Source: a bacterium
Lineage (GTDB): Bacteria; Bdellovibrionota_C; UBA2361; CALJRW01
Reading direction: 5' to 3'
DNA: 64,000 nucleotides
NCBI GenBank assembly: GCA_031385045.1
Contig: JANNBC010000010.1
Location: forward strand, 43,293 to 107,292
Shown here: one piece after another, positions 1 through 8,541 of the stretch
Layout: each line of letters begins with the position of its first letter
Position numbering within the stretch: position 1 is the first letter of the stretch
The notes under the pieces: generated by a model
What the model was told of the DNA's origin: nothing
What the model saw: only the letters and a program-made list of their open reading frames with translations
Database searches by the model: none
Program-made: the position numbers and the translations under genes

Positions 1-221
1 CGTTGAATACAAAGTTTCTCATCGCCGATACTAAAGTCTAGTAGATCTTCTAAATAACTTTCTAAAACTTCATTGGGGATAAATGCTAAATTAGTTTGTA
101 GGCAGTTAGGTGTCTTATTAATTAGAAAGTTGTAGAAGGGGATTTGGGATTCCAATTCGAGAAGACTTTTCCCTATTAAAGTGTAATGTTGTTTAAGGTT
201 GCCTGATTTTGATAGATCCAT
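1..221 (-). CDS. Hypothetical protein, 5' part (runs off the window edge)
   Basis: ATG at 221-219 followed by an open frame MDLSKSGNLKQHYTFNREKSSRIG... to position 1; not in the ORF track because it is truncated. Confidence 0.45.
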   Translation of the reverse strand, partial: MDLSKSGNLKQHYTLIGKSLLELESQIPFYNFLINKTPNCLQTNLAFIPNEVLESYLEDLLDFSIGDEKLCIQ

Positions 222-444
222 TCTTGGTTTATATCAAAATACACCAAAATTGTTTAGTACTCTTATTTCTTATTATTACTTGGTCGTCTAACAGGCACAG
301 GTACGGGAACTTTCGGTGGAAGAAAGAAATCCGCTAAGATATCAAGTATATATTCCCAGACTTTATTCATTATTTCTTACCATCGACTGCTTAAATCAAG
401 TTCTTAAGTTTTTAGATGAAAAAACACTGAAATAGCTTCAATTA

Positions 445-483
445 ATAGTTGAACCAGTAAAATTAAATTTGCGGTTCAACTAT
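445..483. repeat. Inverted repeat hairpin (ATAGTTGAACC...GGTTCAACTAT), possible terminator or mini element
   Basis: Perfect 11-bp inverted repeat with a 17-nt loop, downstream of the 545-904 gene. Confidence 0.5.
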
Positions 484-544
484 CTGGTTGTTAAAGTTGC
501 ATGGCCAGGACTTTAGTAATCTTAAGCCAAGATCCTCAAAATTC

Positions 545-904
545 TTAGTGAGTATTAGTGTGTTTTGTAAAATACCATGGAGCAACGCGATTTTTTCCTC
601 TGCGCGGCATTGCCTTGATGGTATTGCTGACAAAAGTAGGATCTAAGTCTAATTCCTTGCAGGTCCAAGCAAAGCTAAATGGGGCTAATGGCTCAGCATC
701 ATTGTCATTTTCAGTATTTTTTTCTGAACCAAAAAGCCATTCTTCGGCTTGTTTTAAGTCTTTCTGATCGTTACCGACATAATCAAGGATTGCTCTTTCT
801 AACATCGACATCAAAAGGTTTCTTTCCGGGGTTCCGTAAGGGCTGGGCTCTGAATTAAGTGGGCTATTATAATCAAAATCAATCATTCTGTTACTTTTAC
901 TCAT
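545..904 (-). CDS. Conserved hypothetical protein (PERxLxxxxLERAIxD...EW...FSFxWxCxxLxLDP type)
   Basis: 119-aa ORF with a GGAG RBS upstream; motif pattern resembles a small uncharacterised family I recall from deltaproteobacterial lineages. Confidence 0.7.
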   Translation of the reverse strand: MSKSNRMIDFDYNSPLNSEPSPYGTPERNLLMSMLERAILDYVGNDQKDLKQAEEWLFGSEKNTENDNDAEPLAPFSFAWTCKELDLDPTFVSNTIKAMPRRGKNRVAPWYFTKHTNTH

Positions 905-962
905 TATTATCTCCTAATACCTGTGCAATTAAGTACTAGCCTTATTTGCCAGTGCAAAACCT

Positions 963-1023
963 GAAGACTAAGACAAACTTGACTGAATAGTTAATGGTCA
1001 GTCTTCTGTTTGTTTTAGTCTTC
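963..1023. terminator. Long stem-loop downstream of the 1073-2356 gene
   Basis: GAAGACTAAGACAAAC (963-978) pairs with GTTTGTTTTAGTCTTC (1008-1023), one G-T pair. Confidence 0.45.
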
Positions 1024-1072
1024 TATGACAAAAACTTAGTGTCATATTAGGGAGACGAGGGGCTTGGAATGT

Positions 1073-2356
1073 TTATTCAACTAATTCTAAAACTTTATGG
1101 GAAAGTTGATTGATTTCAATTAGATAACGAAAAGCTTGGTATTCTGTGACTAGTTCATCATCATTATTATTACTGATTGCTAATTGTGGAAAGTTCTCTA
1201 GTACTCCAGCGATTTCTTGGAAAAGTTCTGGATTAGTCTTACTTAGTGCTTGCAGTTTTTCTTTGTCGATTTTCTTAGCAAGTTTCTGAAGTTGATAGAT
1301 TTCTCCTAGGCCAATTCTATATAGTTTTTGTAGGAAATAAGTTTCGTATATTTGGAGAATATTATTGTGAAAGTGATTTACAACAACCTCAAGTCCAATG
1401 TTAATCGCGCCGGTTACTTGTTCCGCGCAAAAATTAATTTGTTCAAAATCATCTAATGGTAGTCTCCAGCGAACCATAGCTGAGTTGATAAGCATTGTTA
1501 GTTCGGCATCTAATTCTGAAGTGTCGCCTTTTAGACCCCATAGCTGAGTTAGTGGTTGTAAATCTGAAGCTTCAAAGGCTGGTGTTGGTAGATTCTTTGG
1601 ATTAAAGTTTTGAATAAACTTCTTGCTTGTATCGGGAGATTGTTTGCTATCAAATTTTAGCGGAGTGTTTAGTTCCATTGCTCTTTCCCAGCTTGGAAAA
1701 CCTTCGGATTCTAATCTTTTTTGTTTTTCTTGAAAGGAATCTTCTTCTAGCTGGCTGACAGTCGCAATGCTTGGTACGCTAATTAGTTGATAAAAAATTC
1801 GTGGATCTAGATCGAAGATCATTGCTAAGAAGCGGTTTAATAAGAAGTTCCGATGATGATCTGGTATTTTGACATTGACCCAAGTGTATCCCAGGTCGGG
1901 AGTAAAATAATCACCAGCCGGAGGTTCGTCTGTTGGTTCTTCGTTGACATGAAAATTAACGTATTTTCCTAGTAGAAAAGCCACGATTTTTAAGTCCGAG
2001 GCACTAAGGATTTTTTCTAAGATTTCTATGTCCGGAGTATCCCCGGCACAGTCAGGTAGCTCTAGCCAATGCCAGAAATTTTCCTCATTAAAACTATCAG
2101 CATTCCAGCAATCCAAATCAAGGAAAAGCTGGCATTGCTCTACGGTACATAGTTCTAATAGTTCAAAACATTCGCTTAGGCCGTTTTGTTTAATTGTTAG
2201 GTAAAGCGCTTGAGCGGGAAGCTGTTTAACATAGAGCTCAGGAGAATCAGACTGAAATATTTTTTTCAGTAAATTCTTCTGGTTATAGTGACTCTTAAAT
2301 GCAATGTCATGTTTAAAGTTCATGTAGTCACTATTTATATTGTTTTTGCGGTACAA
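1073..2356 (-). CDS. DUF6178-like hypothetical protein (true start may be the ATG at 2323)
   Basis: 427-aa ORF with FLDLDCW, EE..FQ.K..RL...GFP and G.INIGLE motifs resembling DUF6178. Confidence 0.65.
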   Translation of the reverse strand: MYRKNNINSDYMNFKHDIAFKSHYNQKNLLKKIFQSDSPELYVKQLPAQALYLTIKQNGLSECFELLELCTVEQCQLFLDLDCWNADSFNEENFWHWLELPDCAGDTPDIEILEKILSASDLKIVAFLLGKYVNFHVNEEPTDEPPAGDYFTPDLGYTWVNVKIPDHHRNFLLNRFLAMIFDLDPRIFYQLISVPSIATVSQLEEDSFQEKQKRLESEGFPSWERAMELNTPLKFDSKQSPDTSKKFIQNFNPKNLPTPAFEASDLQPLTQLWGLKGDTSELDAELTMLINSAMVRWRLPLDDFEQINFCAEQVTGAINIGLEVVVNHFHNNILQIYETYFLQKLYRIGLGEIYQLQKLAKKIDKEKLQALSKTNPELFQEIAGVLENFPQLAISNNNDDELVTEYQAFRYLIEINQLSHKVLELVE

Positions 2357-2365
2357 AATCGAAGA

Positions 2366-2391
2366 TCCTCCATAGCCTTAGCGAAGGAGGA
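2366..2391. repeat. REP-like short palindrome TCCTCCATAGCCTTAGCGAAGGAGGA
   Basis: TCCTCC/GGAGGA stem around TAGCCTTAGCGAA; GC-rich in an AT-rich spacer. Confidence 0.45.
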
Positions 2392-2481
2392 CTGGAGACC
2401 AGTATTTGTACTCGCCGTAAATTTAATATTTTTTGGATAAGATTTTTGAAATTTACGATACAATTAGTCTTAGCTAATGAC

Positions 2482-3048
2482 TTACTCATTTTTCTTAGAA
2501 ACTTTTGGTGTAAAAATTACAAAAATTTGCTTACCTGGCTTTGGAGATTGCGAATCAATATCAGCAATATCTTCCAAGGCAATAGCTACTTCTTTAAATT
2601 TTTCAATTCCACGATCCATAAAAGCAATTTCTCGACCTTTAAAGAGCATCGAGAATTTAACCTTATCGCCTTTTTCTAAAAAGCCTCGGGCGCGTTCAAC
2701 TTTAGTTTTGAAATCACCTTTGTCTGTAGTGTAGCGAATGCGAAGTTCTTTGATGACGACTTCCGAGCGTTTCTTTTTAGAGTCTGCTTCTTTCTTTTGT
2801 TCGCGGTATTTAAACTTACCGTAGTCCATGATCTTGCAAACTGGAGGTGCAGCTTTTGGCGCGACTTCTACTAAATCTAGTCCTAGGCTTTCGGCACGAT
2901 CTAGTGCTTCTCGTGTTGAAATAATGCCTAGCTGCTCACCGCTTTCGGATATTACTCTAACTTGGGGAACTTTAATGCGGTGGTTGATACGATGTTGGTC
3001 GTTGGTAACAGTAGCCGGATTGAATCTCGGCCGGTAATTTGAACTCAA
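2482..3048 (-). CDS. infC: Translation initiation factor IF-3
   Basis: RINHRI..PQVRVI, LDLVEVAP.A.PPVCKIMDYGKFKY and GDKVK...FKGRE motifs; TTG start with GGAG SD. Confidence 0.97.
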   Translation of the reverse strand: MSSNYRPRFNPATVTNDQHRINHRIKVPQVRVISESGEQLGIISTREALDRAESLGLDLVEVAPKAAPPVCKIMDYGKFKYREQKKEADSKKKRSEVVIKELRIRYTTDKGDFKTKVERARGFLEKGDKVKFSMLFKGREIAFMDRGIEKFKEVAIALEDIADIDSQSPKPGKQIFVIFTPKVSKKNE

Positions 3049-3328
3049 ATAGGATCTCCAAAAAAAGCTAGTTTCAGATACGAATTTTGCACTTAAGATG
3101 AGAATATTAAGAGCGGAAAATCTGAAATTGCCATAAAATTAAAGCAAGAAAATAGGATGAAATTCTTGCGCAATTGGCTTCTATTTTTACAGCACTTGGA
3201 AATTAATTCAAGTGCCGAAACTACATTTGCTAAGATTCTAGGGTTTGATTGCTATAATTGAGTGATTTTGAGAGGCAGACCCGCAGTTTTTTAGTGATTA
3301 CCAATCTAAAAGTTGCTAATACTGCACT

Positions 3329-5356
3329 ATGTATGTCACTCCAGACCTAGGTTTAGTTCAGGGTACTTTGTCATTGCTAGATGCAGAATCCTTTAATACT
3401 GGGCGTAAACTTACCAAAGTATCGCTGGATCTTGGTGTGCTTATCTCAAAATCTAAGGATTCTAAGCTCCAGCCGACACGCGCTACATTTGAAGATGCTT
3501 TTCCTCAACTCCTTACCGGGCTTTCTGAAAAATTTCGTTATTATCCCGAACAAGCCTTTGCGATTAGTCGAATTTTAGCAGATTCCACCAATAAGTTTTT
3601 ATTAAATGACACCGGAGGAGGCAAGACAGCAATTGCCTTAGCTTGTGCTCAAAACGTAATCGCTAGCGGTGGGCGAGTCTTGTTTTTAAGTCGCAAGCGA
3701 CACCTAGTTAATCAGATTTGTAAGGATGCGCTCGATTATACAAATTTAACTTCAGCTGAGATTGCTAATTTAAATGGAATGACTCCTGAGAAGCGAAGTA
3801 AAGCCTATGCTGATAGTAAGCATAAATTATTTTTAACTACGGCTGAAACTGGACGCAATGATCTTGCTAGTAAAGTAAATCAGGGTCGGGTTGATCCCTT
3901 ATCTTTTGACTTGATAATTTTTGATGAGGCTCACACCATGGATCAGGGTGAGCGTAAGAATAGGAAAGGGCAAGATGCTTATAATCTAATTTTTGCAAAT
4001 TCCAGAAAGCTACCACAGGTGCTTTTAATGTCTGCGTCGATTCTCGATCTTAGTGCCGAAAAAAAATCAGCAGAAGATTTGATTTTTGGTATTCAGACTT
4101 TTTTAAAGCGGGCGCAAATTGCTGAAGTAATCAAAATTGAATTACCAGGTGTGCCAGTTGTAAGTAAAAATATTTTTTGTCCTTTGAAAGAAGCTTTTGA
4201 AATCCTAGTTTCTAAGTTAGATCGACAAATTGATTATTATACAGAACGCCTAGCTAAGGATTATCAAGAGAAAATTTTGCTGGCAATCCAAGGCTTAAGT
4301 CCAAGTCAGCGTTTTCAATTTGAAGATTTGGATTCCGAGCAAGAGTACTTTCAGAAGATTACAAAAACTTGCCCACCATATTTCCAGCGTGGTCGGCACG
4401 CGTCTTTCTTGTCCAGCCTGAATGAATTGGATTCCAAACGAGACTTTCCAGTTTCACTTTTTGATACCTATTTAAGATATCAAACTTATAATGAAGCCAT
4501 TCGGCTACGCGAGTATTTAACTTCCTACGGAGGGTATGCTTATTTGCAGTACATGGGGTCTTTGATTTGGGATCAACGCTCGGAGCAGAAATTTGGCGCC
4601 CATCGTTGGAACTTAGTTTCGCGACTATGTTTTGATGAGGAACATAGTGCCTTTCGTGAAGTCTTTGATCAGTTAGCCCAAGGCACTCCATTTCAAACTC
4701 TGCTGACTAAGGACGACTTGTCATGCTTAGATCCTGAGCTGAAATATAATCGAGAAAGTAAGTCGAGGTTTGTTGTCATGGCGCGCGAGGCCTATCTAGC
4801 AACAGGTAATAATCAGATTTTAAATCGAGGATATTTTGACCATCCTAAAATTGGAAAACTATTAGAAACTGTTCAGGATTATTTTGAATTGCCTGAGCAA
4901 GGAAAAAAAATGTTGGTTTGTACGGACTTAGTAGAACATGTCTTTTTTCTTAAGCAGTTATTAGTAGAGAGATTAGCTCTTTCCTCTAGCGCAGTTACAA
5001 CTGCTGTCGGAAGCGGTCAACATTCAACTAAGCTTGGCAAGGATAGTCTTGCAAATATTCTTGCTTTTCAAGATCCAGCTGGCCCATCAATCCTAGTTGC
5101 CACAGTGCCATTAATTGCCTTGGGTACAGATGTCAAAGGGGCTCGTGGGATTCTTAGTTTTCGTCCTCAAGATAAGCCAGTGACTGTGCAACAGTTAGAA
5201 GGGCGAGTGCGCCGGCAACTTGATTTTAACAAGATGAGCCCTAATGACTATGGATATTTCTATACACTCTATTCCCGATTTGATTCTGCAAAAGTTAAGA
5301 TCTTAGAAGCTAGACAAAGATTACAAAAAGAAATCTTGGCGGCATTATCATTGTAA
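3329..5356 (+). CDS. SF2 DEAH helicase, Hef/Mph1/FANCM-like, with no C-terminal nuclease domain
   Basis: Walker A DTGGGKT, DEAH, motif III SAS, helical insert, HPKIGKL, motif VI QQLEGRVRR. Confidence 0.8.
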   Translation: MYVTPDLGLVQGTLSLLDAESFNTGRKLTKVSLDLGVLISKSKDSKLQPTRATFEDAFPQLLTGLSEKFRYYPEQAFAISRILADSTNKFLLNDTGGGKTAIALACAQNVIASGGRVLFLSRKRHLVNQICKDALDYTNLTSAEIANLNGMTPEKRSKAYADSKHKLFLTTAETGRNDLASKVNQGRVDPLSFDLIIFDEAHTMDQGERKNRKGQDAYNLIFANSRKLPQVLLMSASILDLSAEKKSAEDLIFGIQTFLKRAQIAEVIKIELPGVPVVSKNIFCPLKEAFEILVSKLDRQIDYYTERLAKDYQEKILLAIQGLSPSQRFQFEDLDSEQEYFQKITKTCPPYFQRGRHASFLSSLNELDSKRDFPVSLFDTYLRYQTYNEAIRLREYLTSYGGYAYLQYMGSLIWDQRSEQKFGAHRWNLVSRLCFDEEHSAFREVFDQLAQGTPFQTLLTKDDLSCLDPELKYNRESKSRFVVMAREAYLATGNNQILNRGYFDHPKIGKLLETVQDYFELPEQGKKMLVCTDLVEHVFFLKQLLVERLALSSSAVTTAVGSGQHSTKLGKDSLANILAFQDPAGPSILVATVPLIALGTDVKGARGILSFRPQDKPVTVQQLEGRVRRQLDFNKMSPNDYGYFYTLYSRFDSAKVKILEARQRLQKEILAALSL

Positions 5357-5445
5357 GAATAGAAGCAAAAAAAGCTCCTAACTTAAAGGCATTTTTTTGC
5401 CGCCATTTAAGTATAGATATTTATTACCATGGGCGTTTTCAGCAT

Positions 5446-7380
5446 TTAGTATAGCTCTTGAGCATCAATGCAAATTTGTCCTTGATACTTTCCTTTGGTA
5501 GAAATTCGGACACTCCCAATAACTGTGAGTTGGATTTTATTTGCCTGATCGCTAGTAAGCATTTCGCCGATTTTAGGTTTTATTAAATCCATCGGGATAA
5601 AGACATCAGTTTCATAATTTAGCAGACTATTTTGCTGTTCTAAGACTCGAAGTCTCCAGATATCTAAATCTTTTAATTTTTTAGCCTCGAGAACTTTTAA
5701 ATTATTAAGGATAAATAATGGTTTAGGGAAACCATTCCCAAAGGGTGCTAGGGTTGACATGCATCGAATAAATTCTGGCGTCAGTTGTGCTAGGCTTAAA
5801 GGCAGAGCGACAGATTCTAAATTGCTAGGAGTTATTTGCTGCTTGGTGCATTCTTCCTGAAATCTTTCTTGAAAAATTGCTAAGGAATTAGCCTTAATCG
5901 TAAGTCCAGCCGCCATGGAATGACCACCGAATTTAATGATTACTTCAGGATTAGTTTTTTTGATGGTCGCTAAAATTTCTACTAAATTAATTCCTTTGAC
6001 GCTTCTTCCTGAGCCTTGTCCTGCTTGACAAAAAACAATCGCTGGGCATTGATAGATTTGGCTTACTTTGCTTGCTAGCAATCCTAATACGCCTTTTCGA
6101 AAACCCTCTTCTTTTGTCCCACTAACAGCAATCCCTGGAGGAAGGCTCTCCCTGGAGTTTAGTTTTTTAATCAGTGTACGAGTAGCCAAGCTTTGAATTC
6201 CCTTGCGGATATTATTAATTTTAATCAAAGTCTCAATCCCCGCTTTACGAATAGTGGGATTTTTTTCAAAAAAGATTTTGGTGACTAGTAGTGGATCGGC
6301 AATTCGACCTTGGGCATTAATTACTGGAGAAATATAATAGCCAATGATGTCGGAAACTTGGTAAATTATTTCTTCTTTCTCAAATTTTTCTAAGCTGGGA
6401 GTCAGATTAATTTTTTGACCAAAGACTTCTTTGATAAATGGGTCTTGCGAAGTGAGTAGGTTTTTAATCCCAAGTGCTGTAATCGCTCTATTGCCGGGAG
6501 TGTTGAGTGGTGCGACATCACCAATTGTGGCAATCAAAGCCAAAATGGAACAGAGGTTTAAATCGATTTTAATATTTTCTTGCAGTGCTTGTTGCAAGCC
6601 ATAAGCAAATAAATAGGTTATTCCTCCTGTGGCAAATGGTTCAGAGAGGTAAGGTTTGAAGTTATCACAAGGGTTTACAAAGATTGTTTCTTGGCGCGGG
6701 GAGTCTTGGGATAAAAGATGATGATCTAGGGTTATGCTATTTCTAATTTGGCCTAGCTCACGTTTATTACTTGTACCCATATCTAAACAAAATAAAAGGC
6801 CATCATGCTTGTGGAGTTCTGTTAATAGTAATATTTTCCAAGCTGTCTGTTGAGTAGCTTGAAAAAAAGGGTCGTCCTCTGCTTGTACTGCTAAATGTTT
6901 AGCAAAAGATTCGGAGAAGTTTTTTTTAACAAAAATTAGAATTTCATCTGAGGATAAGTTGTCTTTCGTAAAAAAAGTTTCGATTAGAATCTTTTCTTCT
7001 GCAAGTTGTTGATTAAAGAAGCTTTGAGCATCCGAAGTTATTCTTGAATTAAGACCATAGCCTTCTGTTTCACGAACTGGAGTAGTGTAAATATATTTCA
7101 GGTTTAAAGCTTTGCAAGCTAAAATAATTTGCAGCGCAGAAGTGATGCCATCAGTGTCATAGTCCGAAGCAATTGCAATTGGTCGTCCCCATTCAGCAAA
7201 TTTACAAAAAGTTTTAATTGCTTTTGGTAAGTTTTTCATTTCGAGGTATCTCTCGAGTGGGACTTCTTCGGGGCGTAATAATTCTCTAGTTTCGTTAGAC
7301 ATCAAAGGGTGACCTTGAGAACGCAGATAACGACTAAGAATGTCGGTAGGAGAGCAGCTCGGTGATTGCGCATGGATCAT
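5446..7380 (-). CDS. recJ: RecJ-family DHH/DHHA1 ssDNA exonuclease (divergent, with an insertion)
   Basis: SDYDTDG, R..EGYGLN, LDMG, LDHH, GDVAPL, GSGRS, GGHSMAAG and PFGNGFPKP motifs. Confidence 0.85.
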   Translation of the reverse strand: MIHAQSPSCSPTDILSRYLRSQGHPLMSNETRELLRPEEVPLERYLEMKNLPKAIKTFCKFAEWGRPIAIASDYDTDGITSALQIILACKALNLKYIYTTPVRETEGYGLNSRITSDAQSFFNQQLAEEKILIETFFTKDNLSSDEILIFVKKNFSESFAKHLAVQAEDDPFFQATQQTAWKILLLTELHKHDGLLFCLDMGTSNKRELGQIRNSITLDHHLLSQDSPRQETIFVNPCDNFKPYLSEPFATGGITYLFAYGLQQALQENIKIDLNLCSILALIATIGDVAPLNTPGNRAITALGIKNLLTSQDPFIKEVFGQKINLTPSLEKFEKEEIIYQVSDIIGYYISPVINAQGRIADPLLVTKIFFEKNPTIRKAGIETLIKINNIRKGIQSLATRTLIKKLNSRESLPPGIAVSGTKEEGFRKGVLGLLASKVSQIYQCPAIVFCQAGQGSGRSVKGINLVEILATIKKTNPEVIIKFGGHSMAAGLTIKANSLAIFQERFQEECTKQQITPSNLESVALPLSLAQLTPEFIRCMSTLAPFGNGFPKPLFILNNLKVLEAKKLKDLDIWRLRVLEQQNSLLNYETDVFIPMDLIKPKIGEMLTSDQANKIQLTVIGSVRISTKGKYQGQICIDAQELY

Positions 7381-7500
7381 AATGACATCCTATCGCTTCC
7401 TGAGACACTAAGCTAACTGAATGATTTAGCTGGGGTTTTGATTATTTACAGACATTCAGCTAAAAATGAGTTGGTCGGACGTTTTATAAATTAGGAAATA

Positions 7501-8493
7501 ATGATTTTTTCATTTTCAACATATTGGTATCTCTACCTAACATTCTTTCTGTTAATTTTTGCCCTACTTTATGTCGACTTAGTTTTCCTTAACAAAAAAG
7601 ACTCCGTGATGTCCATGAAAAAAGCTGGAATCTTAACAGCTTTTTGGGTTTCTTTAGCATTGGTTTTTGGAGCTGCTGTTTATTTCTTCGTTCTTTGGCA
7701 ACAAGATACTTATACGATTGGGAGTAATATTATCCCGTCAGCTGTTTTTGCTAAAACCATTTTCTTTGATTTTGTCACAGCCTATTTAGTGGAAGAGGTG
7801 TTATCTGTTGATAATATGTTTGTCTTTATCCTCTTATTTTCCTTCTTTAAAATAGAGAGTAGGTATCAACATCGTGTATTATTTTATGGGATACTTGGAG
7901 CAATTGTTTTTCGAGCAATTTTTATTTTACTGGCCGCCTATCTGATACACTTCACATGGATTCTCTGGTTCTTTGGAGCTTTTTTATTTTGGACTGGGAT
8001 TAAGGTCTTAACTACCAATGAGGATCATAGTCCTACGGAAAGTCCAATTATTAAGTTACTTCAAAAATATCTGCCTTTAACGAAAGAACTTCATGGGGAT
8101 AGTTTTTTTATTAAGCAAAATGATAAATGGTTGGCTACTCCATTATTTTTAGCACTGTGTGCTGTAGAGTTATCTGATTTAACTTTTGCTGTTGATTCTA
8201 TTCCAGCTGTAGTGGCCATAACTAAAGAGCCGTTTATTATGTATAGCTCCAATATCTTTGCTATTTTGGGGCTCCGTTCCATGTATTTCTTATTAGCAGG
8301 ACTGATGCCAATGTTTCATTACTTTAAGTACGGATTGGGAACCATTCTAATTTTCATTGCAATCAAGATGACCTTGATTCACTATTTTGCCCCTGGCTTT
8401 CCAAGTTATGTTTCCTTGATTGTTATTATAGTGATTTTAGTAAGTAGTCTTGTGGCATCTTTGGTTTTTCCTAAAACTGAAAAATCTTTGTAG
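7501..8493 (+). CDS. terC: TerC/Alx family membrane protein
   Basis: EEVLSVDNMFVF, QHRVLFYGILGAIVFR, DLTFAVDSIPA and SNIFAILGLRSMYF motifs. Confidence 0.92.
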   Translation: MIFSFSTYWYLYLTFFLLIFALLYVDLVFLNKKDSVMSMKKAGILTAFWVSLALVFGAAVYFFVLWQQDTYTIGSNIIPSAVFAKTIFFDFVTAYLVEEVLSVDNMFVFILLFSFFKIESRYQHRVLFYGILGAIVFRAIFILLAAYLIHFTWILWFFGAFLFWTGIKVLTTNEDHSPTESPIIKLLQKYLPLTKELHGDSFFIKQNDKWLATPLFLALCAVELSDLTFAVDSIPAVVAITKEPFIMYSSNIFAILGLRSMYFLLAGLMPMFHYFKYGLGTILIFIAIKMTLIHYFAPGFPSYVSLIVIIVILVSSLVASLVFPKTEKSL

Positions 8494-8497
8494 CGGA

Positions 8498-8527
8498 CTA
8501 GGCCAAGCGCGAGCTCGCTTGGCCTAG
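8498..8527. terminator. Probable bidirectional terminator hairpin between convergent genes
   Basis: Perfect 12-bp stem CTAGGCCAAGCG/CGCTTGGCCTAG with a 6-nt loop. Confidence 0.7.
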
Positions 8528-8541
8528 GTTTACTCTCTGGA

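Noticed and set aside
7381..7500. yybP-ykoY manganese riboswitch upstream of terC
   Set aside because: Expected from context, but I could not recognise the conserved motifs; needs an Infernal/Rfam scan
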